Positions 8,788-18,573 of a stretch of DNA of 64,000 nt are shown piece by piece. Where the stretch lies: NCBI GenBank assembly GCA_028687275.1, contig JAQUAK010000002.1, positions 6,102 to 70,101 of the forward strand, read 5' to 3'. The notes below the pieces were generated by a model. The model was not told the origin of the DNA. It saw only the letters and a list, made by a program, of their open reading frames with translations, and did no database searches. Both the position numbers and the translations under genes were made by a program. Each line of letters opens with the position of its first letter. The stretch's first letter is position 1. Source of the DNA: Patescibacteria group bacterium. Lineage in GTDB: Bacteria > Patescibacteriota > Patescibacteriia > Patescibacteriales > UBA12465.

Positions 8788-11418
8788 TTATAAGGCAGCT
8801 GTAATATTTTCTAATTCCGCTTTATAACGATTTAACTTGTCTGTCTCCGCCCGTACAATATCTTTTGGCGCTCGAGCAACAAATTCTTCATTGTTTAAAC
8901 GCTGACTTAAATTAGTAATTAAGCCTTCTAAGTTTGCTCTTTCTTTTAATAAGCGCTCCTTTTCTTTTTCTGGGTCAATCGCTCCCAATAAATATATTTC
9001 TGTTTTGCCCAGGCTAATTTTAATAGAGTCGCTAGTTGGAACATCAACGCCGAGTTCAAATGACTCAATACCGGTACGTAAACCAACTAATAGAGCCGCC
9101 TGACTAAATAATAAATCTGCCCTTTCGCCAAAGACTAGAGCCTGGACTTTGCGTGACGGCTCAATCTTATTTTCACTACGAGCATTACGGATGGAACTAA
9201 TCGCTTCTTGAATAAAACTAAAATTATCTCCATCATTTTCAGAAACTGAAACTAAAAAATCAAGCTTATCTTCTATCTTCGGCCACTGTTCTATCATTAA
9301 TATGCTGTCATTAAAGCTCTGCCAAATCGCTTCAGTCACATAAGGAATAGAAGAATGCCACATGATTAATAAGTTTTTTACAATATATACTAATATAGTT
9401 CCTTTATTTTTTTCTACTTTAGCAATCTCTAAATACCAGTCAGCCAATTTATTCCAAGTAAAGTCGTACAAAGCATCAGCACCGTATGAATAATTAAAAT
9501 CGGCATAAGAAGCATCTACTATCTTGCGTACGCTAATTAGCTCACTTAATATCCATCTGTCTGCTAAAGTCAAAGGCTTGGGCAAGATATCAGCGCTGAC
9601 ATTTAAATCATCCTCACTGGCACCACTTAAAATAAAACGGGATATATTCCATAACTTATTAATAAAATTTCTCTTAGCCGCAATTTTCTCTTCATTATAA
9701 CGTGAGTCGTTGCCTGGAGTAGCTCCCATTAACAATGATAGCCGTACAGCGTCAGATCCGTATTTCTTAATTACTTCCAAGGGATCGATTCCGTTACCCT
9801 TTGACTTTGACATCTTCTTGCCCGACTCATCCAAAATAGTGCCGTGTAGATATACGTGAGAAAAAGGCTTTTCGCCTAAAGCAAACAAAGACATCATCAT
9901 CATGCGGGAAACCCATAGAGTCAGAATTTCATAGCCAGTTTCTAAAACTTGAGTTGGGTGAAAACGAGCTAAATCACCGCTTTTTACACCATCTTTATAA
10001 TTATCTGGCCATCCGAGAGTCGAAAACGTCCACATACCCGAAGAAAACCAAGTGTCTAAAGTGTCTTCATCCTTCACCCATCCTTCACCGATCGGCGCCT
10101 CAGCACCAACATAAACCTCTGCACCTTTATACCAGGCGGGTATGCTATGGCCAAACCAAATCTGTCGAGAAATACACCAATCATGTAAATTTTCCATCCA
10201 GTCACAGTAACGTTTATTAAACCTTTCTGGCAAAAACTTAACTTCGCCATTTTGTGCCAAATCTAAAGCGGCTTGCTTCAATGATTTGCCCTGTAAGCGA
10301 ACGACCGGCTTATCTACCGCAATAAACCATTGTTTTGAAGGTAGGGGCTCAATTGGACTGTCACACCGATAACAACATGAAAGATTATTAACAATTTCTT
10401 CTTCTTGAGTAATTAAATTATGCTCCCTTAAATAATTAACTATTTTATCGCGTGCTACCAAAGCTGTTAATCCAGAATATACACCAAAATCATCTTTAAT
10501 GAAGCCATCTTCATTAATTACTTTAATAATTTCTAAATTATTCTCTTCAGCCATGTGCCAATCAACAACTGAATGCGCAGGAGTAACGCCTAAAGCGCCC
10601 GTGCCAAAATCCATTTCTACATTACGATCAGCAATTATTTTTATCTTTAAAGTTTGTCCACAAAAATTCACTACATATTCTTTGCCAATATAATCGCTAT
10701 AACGTTTATCTTTAGGATTAACTGCTACCGCCGTGTCCCCTAATTTTGTTTCAGGACGAGTGGTGGATATAGCAATCGGAAAATCAGGGCTATATTTAAA
10801 AGTATATAATTTAGCTGCCTGTTCTTTATATTCAACTTCATCATCGGCTAAAGTGGAATGACAACGTGGGCACCAATTGACAATTCTTTCACCACGATAG
10901 ATAATTCCTTCCTGATGCATATCTAAAAACATCTTTAATACAGCCCGCTGACGTTCTTCGTCAAGAGTAAAAGCTAAACGAGACCAGTCCAAGGAAGCTC
11001 CCATTTTTCTGGTTTGATTCAAAATAGTAGCCTGAGTTTCTACAACAAAGTTATTAACCTCCTCTAAAAAATTTTCCCGACCTAAATCATGTCTAGTCTT
11101 CCCTCTTTCGGCAAATATCTTCTTTTCCACCATATTCTGGGTAGCAATAGCGGCGTGATCAGTCCCGGGCAACCAAAGAACTCGATAACCGTTCTGACGA
11201 CGATAACGAATCATTAAATCTTCTATTGCCAACATGGCACTATGCCCTAAATGAAGTTTTGCTGTAATATTAGGCGGTGGTAACACAATTGTATAAGCAG
11301 GGGCGTCATCAGGCAAATTAAGCTTATCCGGATTAAAAAAACCTGATTCTTCCCATTGCTGATAAATTTTATCTTCAAATAAATCAGGATTATAAATTTT
11401 TTCTAGTTCGTGTTTCAT
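8788..11418 (-). CDS. valS: Valine--tRNA ligase
   Basis: HIGH-type motif (PNITAKLHLGH), KMSKS, CP1 editing region and a C-terminal coiled coil. I prefer the ATG at 11418 (MKHELEKIYNP...) over the TTG at 11454 given in the ORF track. Confidence 0.93.
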   Translation of the reverse strand: MKHELEKIYNPDLFEDKIYQQWEESGFFNPDKLNLPDDAPAYTIVLPPPNITAKLHLGHSAMLAIEDLMIRYRRQNGYRVLWLPGTDHAAIATQNMVEKKIFAERGKTRHDLGRENFLEEVNNFVVETQATILNQTRKMGASLDWSRLAFTLDEERQRAVLKMFLDMHQEGIIYRGERIVNWCPRCHSTLADDEVEYKEQAAKLYTFKYSPDFPIAISTTRPETKLGDTAVAVNPKDKRYSDYIGKEYVVNFCGQTLKIKIIADRNVEMDFGTGALGVTPAHSVVDWHMAEENNLEIIKVINEDGFIKDDFGVYSGLTALVARDKIVNYLREHNLITQEEEIVNNLSCCYRCDSPIEPLPSKQWFIAVDKPVVRLQGKSLKQAALDLAQNGEVKFLPERFNKRYCDWMENLHDWCISRQIWFGHSIPAWYKGAEVYVGAEAPIGEGWVKDEDTLDTWFSSGMWTFSTLGWPDNYKDGVKSGDLARFHPTQVLETGYEILTLWVSRMMMMSLFALGEKPFSHVYLHGTILDESGKKMSKSKGNGIDPLEVIKKYGSDAVRLSLLMGATPGNDSRYNEEKIAAKRNFINKLWNISRFILSGASEDDLNVSADILPKPLTLADRWILSELISVRKIVDASYADFNYSYGADALYDFTWNKLADWYLEIAKVEKNKGTILVYIVKNLLIMWHSSIPYVTEAIWQSFNDSILMIEQWPKIEDKLDFLVSVSENDGDNFSFIQEAISSIRNARSENKIEPSRKVQALVFGERADLLFSQAALLVGLRTGIESFELGVDVPTSDSIKISLGKTEIYLLGAIDPEKEKERLLKERANLEGLITNLSQRLNNEEFVARAPKDIVRAETDKLNRYKAELENITAAL

Positions 11419-11551
11419 ACCTTTAAAATTAACAAAAAAATGGCTTTGCGTCAACCTAGTTTTGCCTTGACTCTAGCCAAAATTAATTATATATTAAATG
11501 GTTGGGCAATGCTTAGAAAAACAAAAATAATTATTAAAGACTCAAATAGTA

Positions 11552-12715
11552 ATGCTTACTTTGGAACAGCAAATTTTTAAACAGATTGATAAAGCAGACA
11601 AAATTCTGATTACTTTTAGCGCGGATTGGCGAGGCGATGCCGTTGGCTCAGCCTTAGCCCTCTCTTTGTTTTTAAAAAAAATAGGCAAAGAGGTTGATAT
11701 ATCCGCCCATCTAGACGAAACGGACGCCACACAAAAAAAATCGAAAGAAATATGGCGCTTTTTACCAGCCTATGACCAATTACAAACATCACTAAAAAAT
11801 TTAAGAAAATTTATTGTTTCACTGGATATCAGTCAAGCGGCTATTAGTCAAATCAAATATACTATTGATGAAAAAAAGTTAAATTTTATTGTTTCTCCTG
11901 AAAAAGGATGGTTTAGCGCTAAGGATATTAGCAGCTCTTCTAGCGGTTTTAAATATGATTTAATCATCTGCGTTGATACCAGCGATTTAGAATCACTGGG
12001 ATCTATTTACGATAATAATGTTGAATTTTTCTATAAAACTACCATTATTAACATTGACCATCATGCTGGAAACGAAGAATATGGACAGATTAACATGATT
12101 GATTTAAATTTGGTTTCCACGGCTGAAATAGTCTTCGCTTTAATAAAACATAGGGACAATAATTTAATTGATGAAGACATTGCCACTTGTTTATTGGCTG
12201 GTATTATTAGTAAAACAAATAATTATAAAAGCAGTAATTTAACTCCGCGCACACTACTAAGTAGCTCCAAGCTAATAAGCCTTGGGGCTCGTCGTGAAGA
12301 TATTATTAATCAACTTTATCGCTCCCGTCCACTGTCTGTCTTGAAATTATGGGGTAAAATTTTGAACAACTTACAAGCCGATAAAAATAAGCAATTAATT
12401 TGGTCTTTACTTGATAAAGGCGACTCTAGCTTGATTTTGAAAGAAGGGGTTGATTTACAAGAAATTGTCGAAGAAATAATAATTAGTGTGCCTGAGGCAA
12501 AGGTGGTTTTAATTGCTTTAGATATAAGTAATAAGGAATCACTAGAATTATACGCTTACACTACTAAAGGCATATCTGCCCTCGAGACACTTAAGCCTTG
12601 GTCTGGTAGTGGTAATAATAAAATGGCTAAAGCTACAGTATCCATCCCGGCGAATGAAATATCGGAAAGAATAATCACGCCAATCACAATAATGCTTGAT
12701 AAAATTAACAGCTAG
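11552..12715 (+). CDS. DHH-family phosphoesterase (NrnA-like oligoribonuclease/pAp phosphatase)
   Basis: DHH motif NIDHHAGNE and a DHHA1-like C-terminal half. The layout matches NrnA-type proteins. Confidence 0.7.
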   Translation: MLTLEQQIFKQIDKADKILITFSADWRGDAVGSALALSLFLKKIGKEVDISAHLDETDATQKKSKEIWRFLPAYDQLQTSLKNLRKFIVSLDISQAAISQIKYTIDEKKLNFIVSPEKGWFSAKDISSSSSGFKYDLIICVDTSDLESLGSIYDNNVEFFYKTTIINIDHHAGNEEYGQINMIDLNLVSTAEIVFALIKHRDNNLIDEDIATCLLAGIISKTNNYKSSNLTPRTLLSSSKLISLGARREDIINQLYRSRPLSVLKLWGKILNNLQADKNKQLIWSLLDKGDSSLILKEGVDLQEIVEEIIISVPEAKVVLIALDISNKESLELYAYTTKGISALETLKPWSGSGNNKMAKATVSIPANEISERIITPITIMLDKINS

Positions 12716-12778
12716 TGATATAAATTAATTAATTATTAGAGATGAGCTATAATAAAGGGGGCTCATTTTTCCTATTTG

Positions 12779-12852
12779 GCGCCTATAGCTCAGGTGGTTA
12801 GAGCACCGCTCTTATAAAGCGGGGGTCGATGGTTCAAGTCCATCTAGGCGCA
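12779..12852 (+). tRNA. tRNA-Ile with UAU anticodon
   Basis: Hand-folded cloverleaf. Acceptor gcgccta/taggcgc, D stem gctc/gagc, anticodon stem ccgct/agcgg, loop ctTATaa, T arm gatgg-ttcaagt-ccatc. No encoded CCA. Confidence 0.8.
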
Positions 12853-12939
12853 CCCTAAACACAAAATCAATTATTAAAGGCCCGCTTGCAGGTCTTTGTA
12901 TTGCCAACTTCGCACCTATACAATATAATAAATAAATAA

Positions 12940-13013
12940 GGGCTCGTAGCTCAGCTGGTTAGAGCGTTACGTTGACATCGTAAAGGTCGCCCGTTCGAGT
13001 CGGGCCGGGCCCA
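12940..13013 (+). tRNA. tRNA-Val (GAC)
   Basis: Cloverleaf with anticodon stem ttacg/cgtaa, loop ttGACat and T arm gcccg-ttcgagt-cgggc. Confidence 0.9.
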
Positions 13014-13031
13014 CATTATTTTTTTACTATT

Positions 13032-13448
13032 ATGTTAAAATTTTTTTCAGCGCGTAAAAATCATCTGGTTGATGAAAATGATTCATCCTCTATCAATGAC
13101 TGGATGGATAAAGAAGGTGTATCCGAAGGTCAGCTTTCAGTTGACGTTTATCATACTGATAAACAAATAATAATCCAATCCACTATCGCTGGAGCACAGC
13201 CAGAAGATTTAAAAATATCTCTCCATCACGACCTTTTAACTATTCATGGCACCAGAAAGCAGCCGCAAGCAGTTTACGATGAACAATATTTATATAGAGA
13301 GTGCTATTGGGGACCATTCTCCCGCTCAATTATCCTTCCCGCTGAGGTTGATAGCCGTAAAGTTGAAGCAGTTATTGAAAATGGGGTCTTAACTGTTACC
13401 CTAACTAAAATTGAAGCTGAAAATATTACTGTTAACTTTAAGCCTTAA
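13032..13448 (+). CDS. Small heat-shock protein, Hsp20/alpha-crystallin family
   Basis: Alpha-crystallin domain (LSVDVYHTD..., FSRSIILPAEVD, ENGVLTVTLTK). Confidence 0.88.
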   Translation: MLKFFSARKNHLVDENDSSSINDWMDKEGVSEGQLSVDVYHTDKQIIIQSTIAGAQPEDLKISLHHDLLTIHGTRKQPQAVYDEQYLYRECYWGPFSRSIILPAEVDSRKVEAVIENGVLTVTLTKIEAENITVNFKP

Positions 13449-13449
13449 T

Positions 13450-13641
13450 ATGAACTACGAGCTTGAGGTAATTGATTTCAAAGATGATGAAGTAGTCTTG
13501 AAAGATAAAAATAACAGGCTTATTTATTGGCCTAAAGATAATCTTTCTAGAATACCAGTCATAGGTCAAATGCTAAACTTTTCTATCGGCGCAACCGATA
13601 AGACGGAATTGCTTAATGAGCTTTTGCATACGGACAACTAA
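13450..13641 (+). CDS. Hypothetical small protein (63 aa)
   Basis: The ATG lies 2 nt after the hsp20 stop. The longer track start at 13411 overlaps hsp20. No family securely recognised. Confidence 0.4.
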   Translation: MNYELEVIDFKDDEVVLKDKNNRLIYWPKDNLSRIPVIGQMLNFSIGATDKTELLNELLHTDN

Positions 13642-13651
13642 CAACTACTAT

Positions 13652-15481
13652 ATGAAAAAATCTAAAATTGTTATCATTGCCACAATTTCTTTAGTTGTGG
13701 TTTTTTTATTAATATTTATACTGATAAAAAGTTCAACTGATAAAAATGACAATACACTTAGAGATAATTTATATTATGGCGGAATAGATGTTAGTTCCAT
13801 GAATTTAAATACAGCCGAAGAAAAAATAATAAAAGCCTGCAATGAAAACGAAAGCTTGGGCTTATATATTCGCTACAATAATAAACAAATAGTCATTCCA
13901 GCCACCACCATTTCCTTCGACTCTGATATTTCTTATTTTAATTTCCGATATAAACTAGAGGATATTAAATCACTACTTGCAAAAGAAAAGAGGGGTAACT
14001 CTTTTAGCCGCTGGTGGAATAAATATATTAATCGGCAAAGAAAGGTTATCAAGCCAGAATTAGAGGTTAACCAAGACAGAATTAAAAGTGTAATTCTAAA
14101 TGAATTTCCTGACATTACCATTATGCCTGTAGACGCTGCTTTTATTTTTAGTGACAATCAAATAACTATTAGTGAAGAGCGCCCTGGAAAAATAGTTGAC
14201 TGGGAAAATCTTTTTAACTATATAAATTCAAATCTCTCTAGCTTTAATCAGGATTTAATTATAGTTAAAACTAAAACTGAATACCCAGAGATTTATCGTC
14301 AAGAATTAACTGGATTTGAAGAAAGAGCACAGGCCTTAACTAATAAAGAATTATACTTAACTTACGCCGATAAAAAATGGGATGTTAGCCGTGAAGATAT
14401 TGCCGGCTGGCTTAGTGTTAATAAGAAAGGAAATAAAATCGGTTTAAATTTTAATACTGAGCGTATCGCTAGCTTTCTCGAAAAAACGGTTGCGCCAGAT
14501 ATCGATACCGCCCCACAAGAACCACGTTTTGAGATTAAAGATAACAAAGTTTCCAGCTGGCAATTAGGAAAGGCCGGAGCTAAATTAGATCTATTAGAAA
14601 GTTCTCAATTAATTATTGATTTATACGCTAGCAGCCAAACTGATAATACTATTGAGCTTATAACAGAAGCGGTCGAGCCAACTAACCCTAATTCCTTAGA
14701 AATTAAAGAAATTATTGGCACTGGCTCATCTAATTTTTCAGGCTCATCAAGCAAGCGCCGTCATAACATAGAAGTAGGAGCCGCCGCTATCCATGGCTTA
14801 ATAGTCAAGCCAGGTGAAGAATTTTCTTTAATGGCTGCTTTAGGTGAAATTAATGCCGATAGTGGTTATGTAACCGAGCTGGTAATTAAAGATAATCAAA
14901 CTATCCCCGAATACGGTGGTGGCCTCTGCCAAATTGGTACAACTGTTTTTCGAACTGCTTTAGCTACTGGCCTGCCAATTACCGCTAGACGTAACCATTC
15001 TTATCGTGTCTCTTATTATGAACCGGCGGGCACTGATGCTACTATTTATGACCCCTGGCCAGATTTACGTTTTGTTAACGACTACCCCAATAATATTTTA
15101 ATCCAATCTCGTATTGATGGTAACGAAATATTTTTTGACTTTTGGGGTGTTACTGATGGACGTTCAGCCACAACAACTTACCCAGTCATATATAACATTA
15201 CGCCGCCGCCGCCAACAAAAATAATCGAAACAGACACACTAGCTCCTGGAGAGAAAAAATGCACAGAAAAAGCTCATAATGGCGCTGATGCTTATTTTGA
15301 CTATACGGTTATTTATCCAGAAAATGCCACCACTACCCCCGAAAAAGTTGAGCGTTTCTCATCCCACTACGTCCCCTGGCAAGAAGTTTGCTTAGTGGGC
15401 AAAGAAGCTACTTCCACTCCAGAAATAATTACTGAAACCGCAACCCCAATTACAGATATTATTCCAGCTACACAACCATAA
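13652..15481 (+). CDS. VanW-family protein with N-terminal membrane anchor
   Basis: VanW core GGGLCQIGTTVFRTALATGLPITARRNHSYRVSYY. N-terminal TM helix. I prefer the start at MKKSKIVII. Confidence 0.8.
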   Translation: MKKSKIVIIATISLVVVFLLIFILIKSSTDKNDNTLRDNLYYGGIDVSSMNLNTAEEKIIKACNENESLGLYIRYNNKQIVIPATTISFDSDISYFNFRYKLEDIKSLLAKEKRGNSFSRWWNKYINRQRKVIKPELEVNQDRIKSVILNEFPDITIMPVDAAFIFSDNQITISEERPGKIVDWENLFNYINSNLSSFNQDLIIVKTKTEYPEIYRQELTGFEERAQALTNKELYLTYADKKWDVSREDIAGWLSVNKKGNKIGLNFNTERIASFLEKTVAPDIDTAPQEPRFEIKDNKVSSWQLGKAGAKLDLLESSQLIIDLYASSQTDNTIELITEAVEPTNPNSLEIKEIIGTGSSNFSGSSSKRRHNIEVGAAAIHGLIVKPGEEFSLMAALGEINADSGYVTELVIKDNQTIPEYGGGLCQIGTTVFRTALATGLPITARRNHSYRVSYYEPAGTDATIYDPWPDLRFVNDYPNNILIQSRIDGNEIFFDFWGVTDGRSATTTYPVIYNITPPPPTKIIETDTLAPGEKKCTEKAHNGADAYFDYTVIYPENATTTPEKVERFSSHYVPWQEVCLVGKEATSTPEIITETATPITDIIPATQP

Positions 15482-15504
15482 GATGTATAAACCTAGTAAC
15501 AAAC

Positions 15505-15536
15505 AAAAAACCTCTTTTCTAAAAAAGAGGTTTTTA
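15505..15536 (+). terminator. Intrinsic terminator after the VanW gene
   Basis: aaacctctttt-ctaa-aaaagaggttt hairpin followed by a T-run. Confidence 0.7.
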
Positions 15537-15544
15537 TGTAAAAA

Positions 15545-15700
15545 AAAGACCATCTCAAACGGGTAGGCAAGAAAATCTCTTCTAGGAGCTACCGAGCCCA
15601 CCATCAATGCTTTTATTAAAGCAGCAATGGTAGGCCCAAAAACCCTAGGAAGAAAATCCCCATGCTTGTCGTGCCTGACCCGTTTCAAATGGCCTTTTAT
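15545..15700 (+). ncRNA. Candidate structured ncRNA, possibly a divergent SRP (4.5S-like) RNA
   Basis: A long-range helix pairs 15548-15570 with 15672-15694, with nested helices inside. The apical stem is gcttt-tatt-aaagc. Its 3' strand AAGCAGCAAUGGUAGG resembles SRP helix 8 (AAGCAGCCAAGGCAG). A T-rich tail follows. ORFs in this interval look spurious. Confidence 0.4.
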
Positions 15701-15781
15701 TGTTTTTAAGCAACTTTTAAAGATATCATATAAAAAATACTTTGTCAATACAGATATACACAGGAACAAAGTATTATTTAG

Positions 15782-16612
15782 CTACCAGGCTTTTTTCATA
15801 AATATTTGCCTATTAATAGTATATAATAACAGGGGGCCCGATTGATCACTCCGCCATATTTTAAGGCCTAGCTGCCTTAATCTATTTATTGTCTTATTGC
15901 CAGGATGACCATAACTATTACTTTTACCCACTGAAATAAATCCTAATTGAGCTGATACTGCCCTAATAAAATCGTTAGCGCTAGATGAATCAGAGCCATG
16001 GTGAGAAACTTTCAAGACTTGAGCATGCCAATTAAAATTATTTTTCAATAATGATAACTCTCTAGCCTGTGGAGAATCTCCGGCCGCAGCCAAGCTTAAG
16101 CCGGCGCAATCAAAATGTAAAGCGACTGATAAATCATTTTCATCCTTTGATTGTCTAAAGTTGTCATCTGGAGGAAAAAGACAAAGAGTACAATTTTCTT
16201 CCAGCTCAACACATTTGCTCTCATTTAGTCTTTCACTATCTATGTTTTTATTTTTTATTACAGATAAGAGTTCGTTTGAGCTTTGACTACTCAACCTTAA
16301 AGGTAAAATTATTTTACCAATCTGAAAACGACGAAGAATTTCTGGTAAAGCCGTGATATGGTCAGAGTGGTCATGAGTAAGAATGAGAATATCTATATGA
16401 TGCTGAGCAAAACCAAGCCAACGTCCAAGACCATACAAACTCTCCCAGCTTGGACCGCCATCAACAACAATAATTTTATTATCTGGAGTTTTAAGAGCAA
16501 AAGAGTCTCCTTGCCCGACATCAAAAAATAGTATTTCAACATATGAAGAGTTGCTAATCAAAAAATAACTCAAAACAACAAATGCAAATAAAAAATAATA
16601 CAAATAACGCAT
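15782..16612 (-). CDS. Metallo-beta-lactamase fold protein, ComEC/Rec2 C-terminal-domain-like, membrane anchored
   Basis: MBL motif ILTHDHSDH. Later motifs LKVSHHGS and SYGHP are typical of the ComEC MBL domain. N-terminal TM helix. Confidence 0.7.
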   Translation of the reverse strand: MRYLYYFLFAFVVLSYFLISNSSYVEILFFDVGQGDSFALKTPDNKIIVVDGGPSWESLYGLGRWLGFAQHHIDILILTHDHSDHITALPEILRRFQIGKIILPLRLSSQSSNELLSVIKNKNIDSERLNESKCVELEENCTLCLFPPDDNFRQSKDENDLSVALHFDCAGLSLAAAGDSPQARELSLLKNNFNWHAQVLKVSHHGSDSSSANDFIRAVSAQLGFISVGKSNSYGHPGNKTINRLRQLGLKIWRSDQSGPLLLYTINRQIFMKKAW

Positions 16613-16678
16613 TATTTAATAATAACAATATCCGCTTAAAATACAGATAAGCAAAGCTTAAAGCCTTTATATACAAAA

Positions 16679-16701
16679 ACCACCCCTAAGGGGCGGCCTT
16701 T
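16679..16701 (-). terminator. Intrinsic terminator of the histone-like gene
   Basis: On the minus strand, ggccgcccc-tta-ggggtgg followed by TTTTT. Confidence 0.6.
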
Positions 16702-16732
16702 GTATAATTTTCAAAATAAATAAAATTAAATT

Positions 16733-16942
16733 TTATTTCTTTTTCTTTGCAACCTTCTTAACAGCTTTCTTAACAACTTTTTTAGGAGCTGCCTTCTTAA
16801 CTGCTTTTTTCACAGCTTTCTTAACAACTTTTTTAGGAGCTGCCTTCTTAACTGCTTTTTTCACAGCTTTCTTAACAACTTTTTTAGGAGCTGCCTTCTT
16901 AACTGCTTTTTTAACTTTTTTTGTAGTAGCCATATTATTCAC
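16733..16942 (-). CDS. Lysine/alanine-rich histone H1-like (Hc1/HctB-like) DNA-binding protein
   Basis: 69 aa, made almost entirely of three copies of KKAVKKAAPKKVVKKAV. A strong SD (aggaggtg) precedes the ATG. Confidence 0.7.
   Translation of the reverse strand: MNNMATTKKVKKAVKKAAPKKVVKKAVKKAVKKAAPKKVVKKAVKKAVKKAAPKKVVKKAVKKVAKKKK
16760..16912. repeat. 51-bp tandem repeat x3 inside the histone-like gene
   Basis: aggagctgccttcttaactgc... recurs at 51-nt spacing (for example at 16784 and 16835). This equals the 17-aa protein repeat. Confidence 0.85.
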
Positions 16943-17137
16943 CTCCTTTCTGGGAAATTTCCCAATTTATTTTTTTAAAAAAATTTAAAAAACTTTTTTA
17001 AAAATATTTTTCTTAATTGTTAATATTATACCTCGCCCCAAAATTTATAGCAATAGTTTTTGCAAAATTTTCTAAAAAATAAAAAAGAGCGGTAACTCTT
17101 TTTTATAAAAAATATTTTTTGTTCTCACAATTTTTTC

Positions 17138-18526
17138 TTAAAACTTTTCTTGAAAGTATTTTTTTATTTCACTGACTTTAATTTTTACCTGTTCCATTGT
17201 GTCACGCTCTCTAATTGTTACCTCATCTTTCTCTAAAGTATCAAAGTCAACCGTTAGACAATAAGGAGTACCAATTTCATCCTGACGACGATAACGCTTA
17301 CCAATATTACCATTATCATCAAACTCACAACGCCAATCAATCTTTAAAGCATCAAATATTTCTTTCGCCTTAGCCACTAAATCTGGTTTATTTTTTAAAA
17401 GTGGAAAAACGGCAATTTTAATCGGAGCTAATTTAACCGGTAAAGACAAAACGGTTCGCACGTCATCACCAATAATTTCTTCGTGGTAGCTTTCTGTTAA
17501 AACAGCTAAGAAGGTCCGACCAACTCCAGCTGAAGTTTCAACAATGTGAGGAATATATTTTTCATTATTTGCCTGATCAAGGTAATTTAAATCAACACCT
17601 GATGCTTGAGCATGAACTGACAAGTCATAATTACCACGAGCATGTACTCCCTCCAATTCTTTAAAACCAAAAGGGAACCTATATTCAATATCATAAGCTT
17701 CCTGAGCATAGAAAACTAAATTTTCATGTTTATGCCATTGCAGATTCTCTTCCTTAATACCTAGGTCAAGATAAAACTGCCAGCGTAATTCCCGCCACTC
17801 TTCAAAATATTTCATATCATCACCCGGTTTTACAAAATATTGCATTTCCATTTGTTCAAACTCGCGCGTACGAAAAATAAACTGACGAGCGGTAATTTCA
17901 TTACGAAAAGCTTTGCCAATTTGAGCAATGCCAAAAGGAATCTTTACCCGAGTTGAATTTAAAACATTTTTGTAGTTTGTGTAAATTCCCTGACAGGTCT
18001 CACCACGAAGATAGGTCGGCTCTTTAGTCCAATCACCAGTAAAATTGCCTAAATTTGACTGCACCAGCAAATTAAAATTCTTGCCAGGAGTAAAATCAGA
18101 AGCACCACAAGTAGGGCATTTTATTTTCTCTTTATTTTTTTCAAAAATTTCATTTATTTCTTCTTCGCTCATCTTTTCATCAGCAAAAACTCCAGCCTCT
18201 TCTAATAAACTATCTAAACGTAAACGACTATGACACTTACGACATTCAGTTAATGGATCAGAAAAACCTTTAACATGGCCTGAAGCCTGCCAAACTTTAG
18301 GACTCATAAATATAGCAGCATCTAGACCGACTACATCGTCACGTAATTGCGTCATTGCCTTCCACCATTCCTTTTTGATATTATTGGCCAGCTCAACTCC
18401 ATAAGGACCAAAATCATAAACAGCAGTAAAGCCATCATAAATTTCTGAAGAGGGAAAAACAAAACCGCGACGCTTACAAAGAGCCACGACATTGTCTAAA
18501 GTATTTTTCTGTTCTTTTTTATTCAT
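17138..18526 (-). CDS. glyQS: Glycine--tRNA ligase (dimeric class II form)
   Basis: 462 aa. N-terminus VVALCKRRGFVFPSSEIYDG, class II motifs and a C-terminal anticodon-binding domain. Confidence 0.93.
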   Translation of the reverse strand: MNKKEQKNTLDNVVALCKRRGFVFPSSEIYDGFTAVYDFGPYGVELANNIKKEWWKAMTQLRDDVVGLDAAIFMSPKVWQASGHVKGFSDPLTECRKCHSRLRLDSLLEEAGVFADEKMSEEEINEIFEKNKEKIKCPTCGASDFTPGKNFNLLVQSNLGNFTGDWTKEPTYLRGETCQGIYTNYKNVLNSTRVKIPFGIAQIGKAFRNEITARQFIFRTREFEQMEMQYFVKPGDDMKYFEEWRELRWQFYLDLGIKEENLQWHKHENLVFYAQEAYDIEYRFPFGFKELEGVHARGNYDLSVHAQASGVDLNYLDQANNEKYIPHIVETSAGVGRTFLAVLTESYHEEIIGDDVRTVLSLPVKLAPIKIAVFPLLKNKPDLVAKAKEIFDALKIDWRCEFDDNGNIGKRYRRQDEIGTPYCLTVDFDTLEKDEVTIRERDTMEQVKIKVSEIKKYFQEKF

Positions 18527-18573
18527 AGAATTATTAATATACTTGTTTTAATTATATTAAAGCTGGTATTGAA

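Noticed and set aside
15392-15845. ORFs 15392-15769 (minus) and 15627-15845 (plus).
   Set aside because: They overlap the VanW 3' end, its terminator and the long-helix RNA candidate. No family resemblance was found. The RNA structure explains the interval better.
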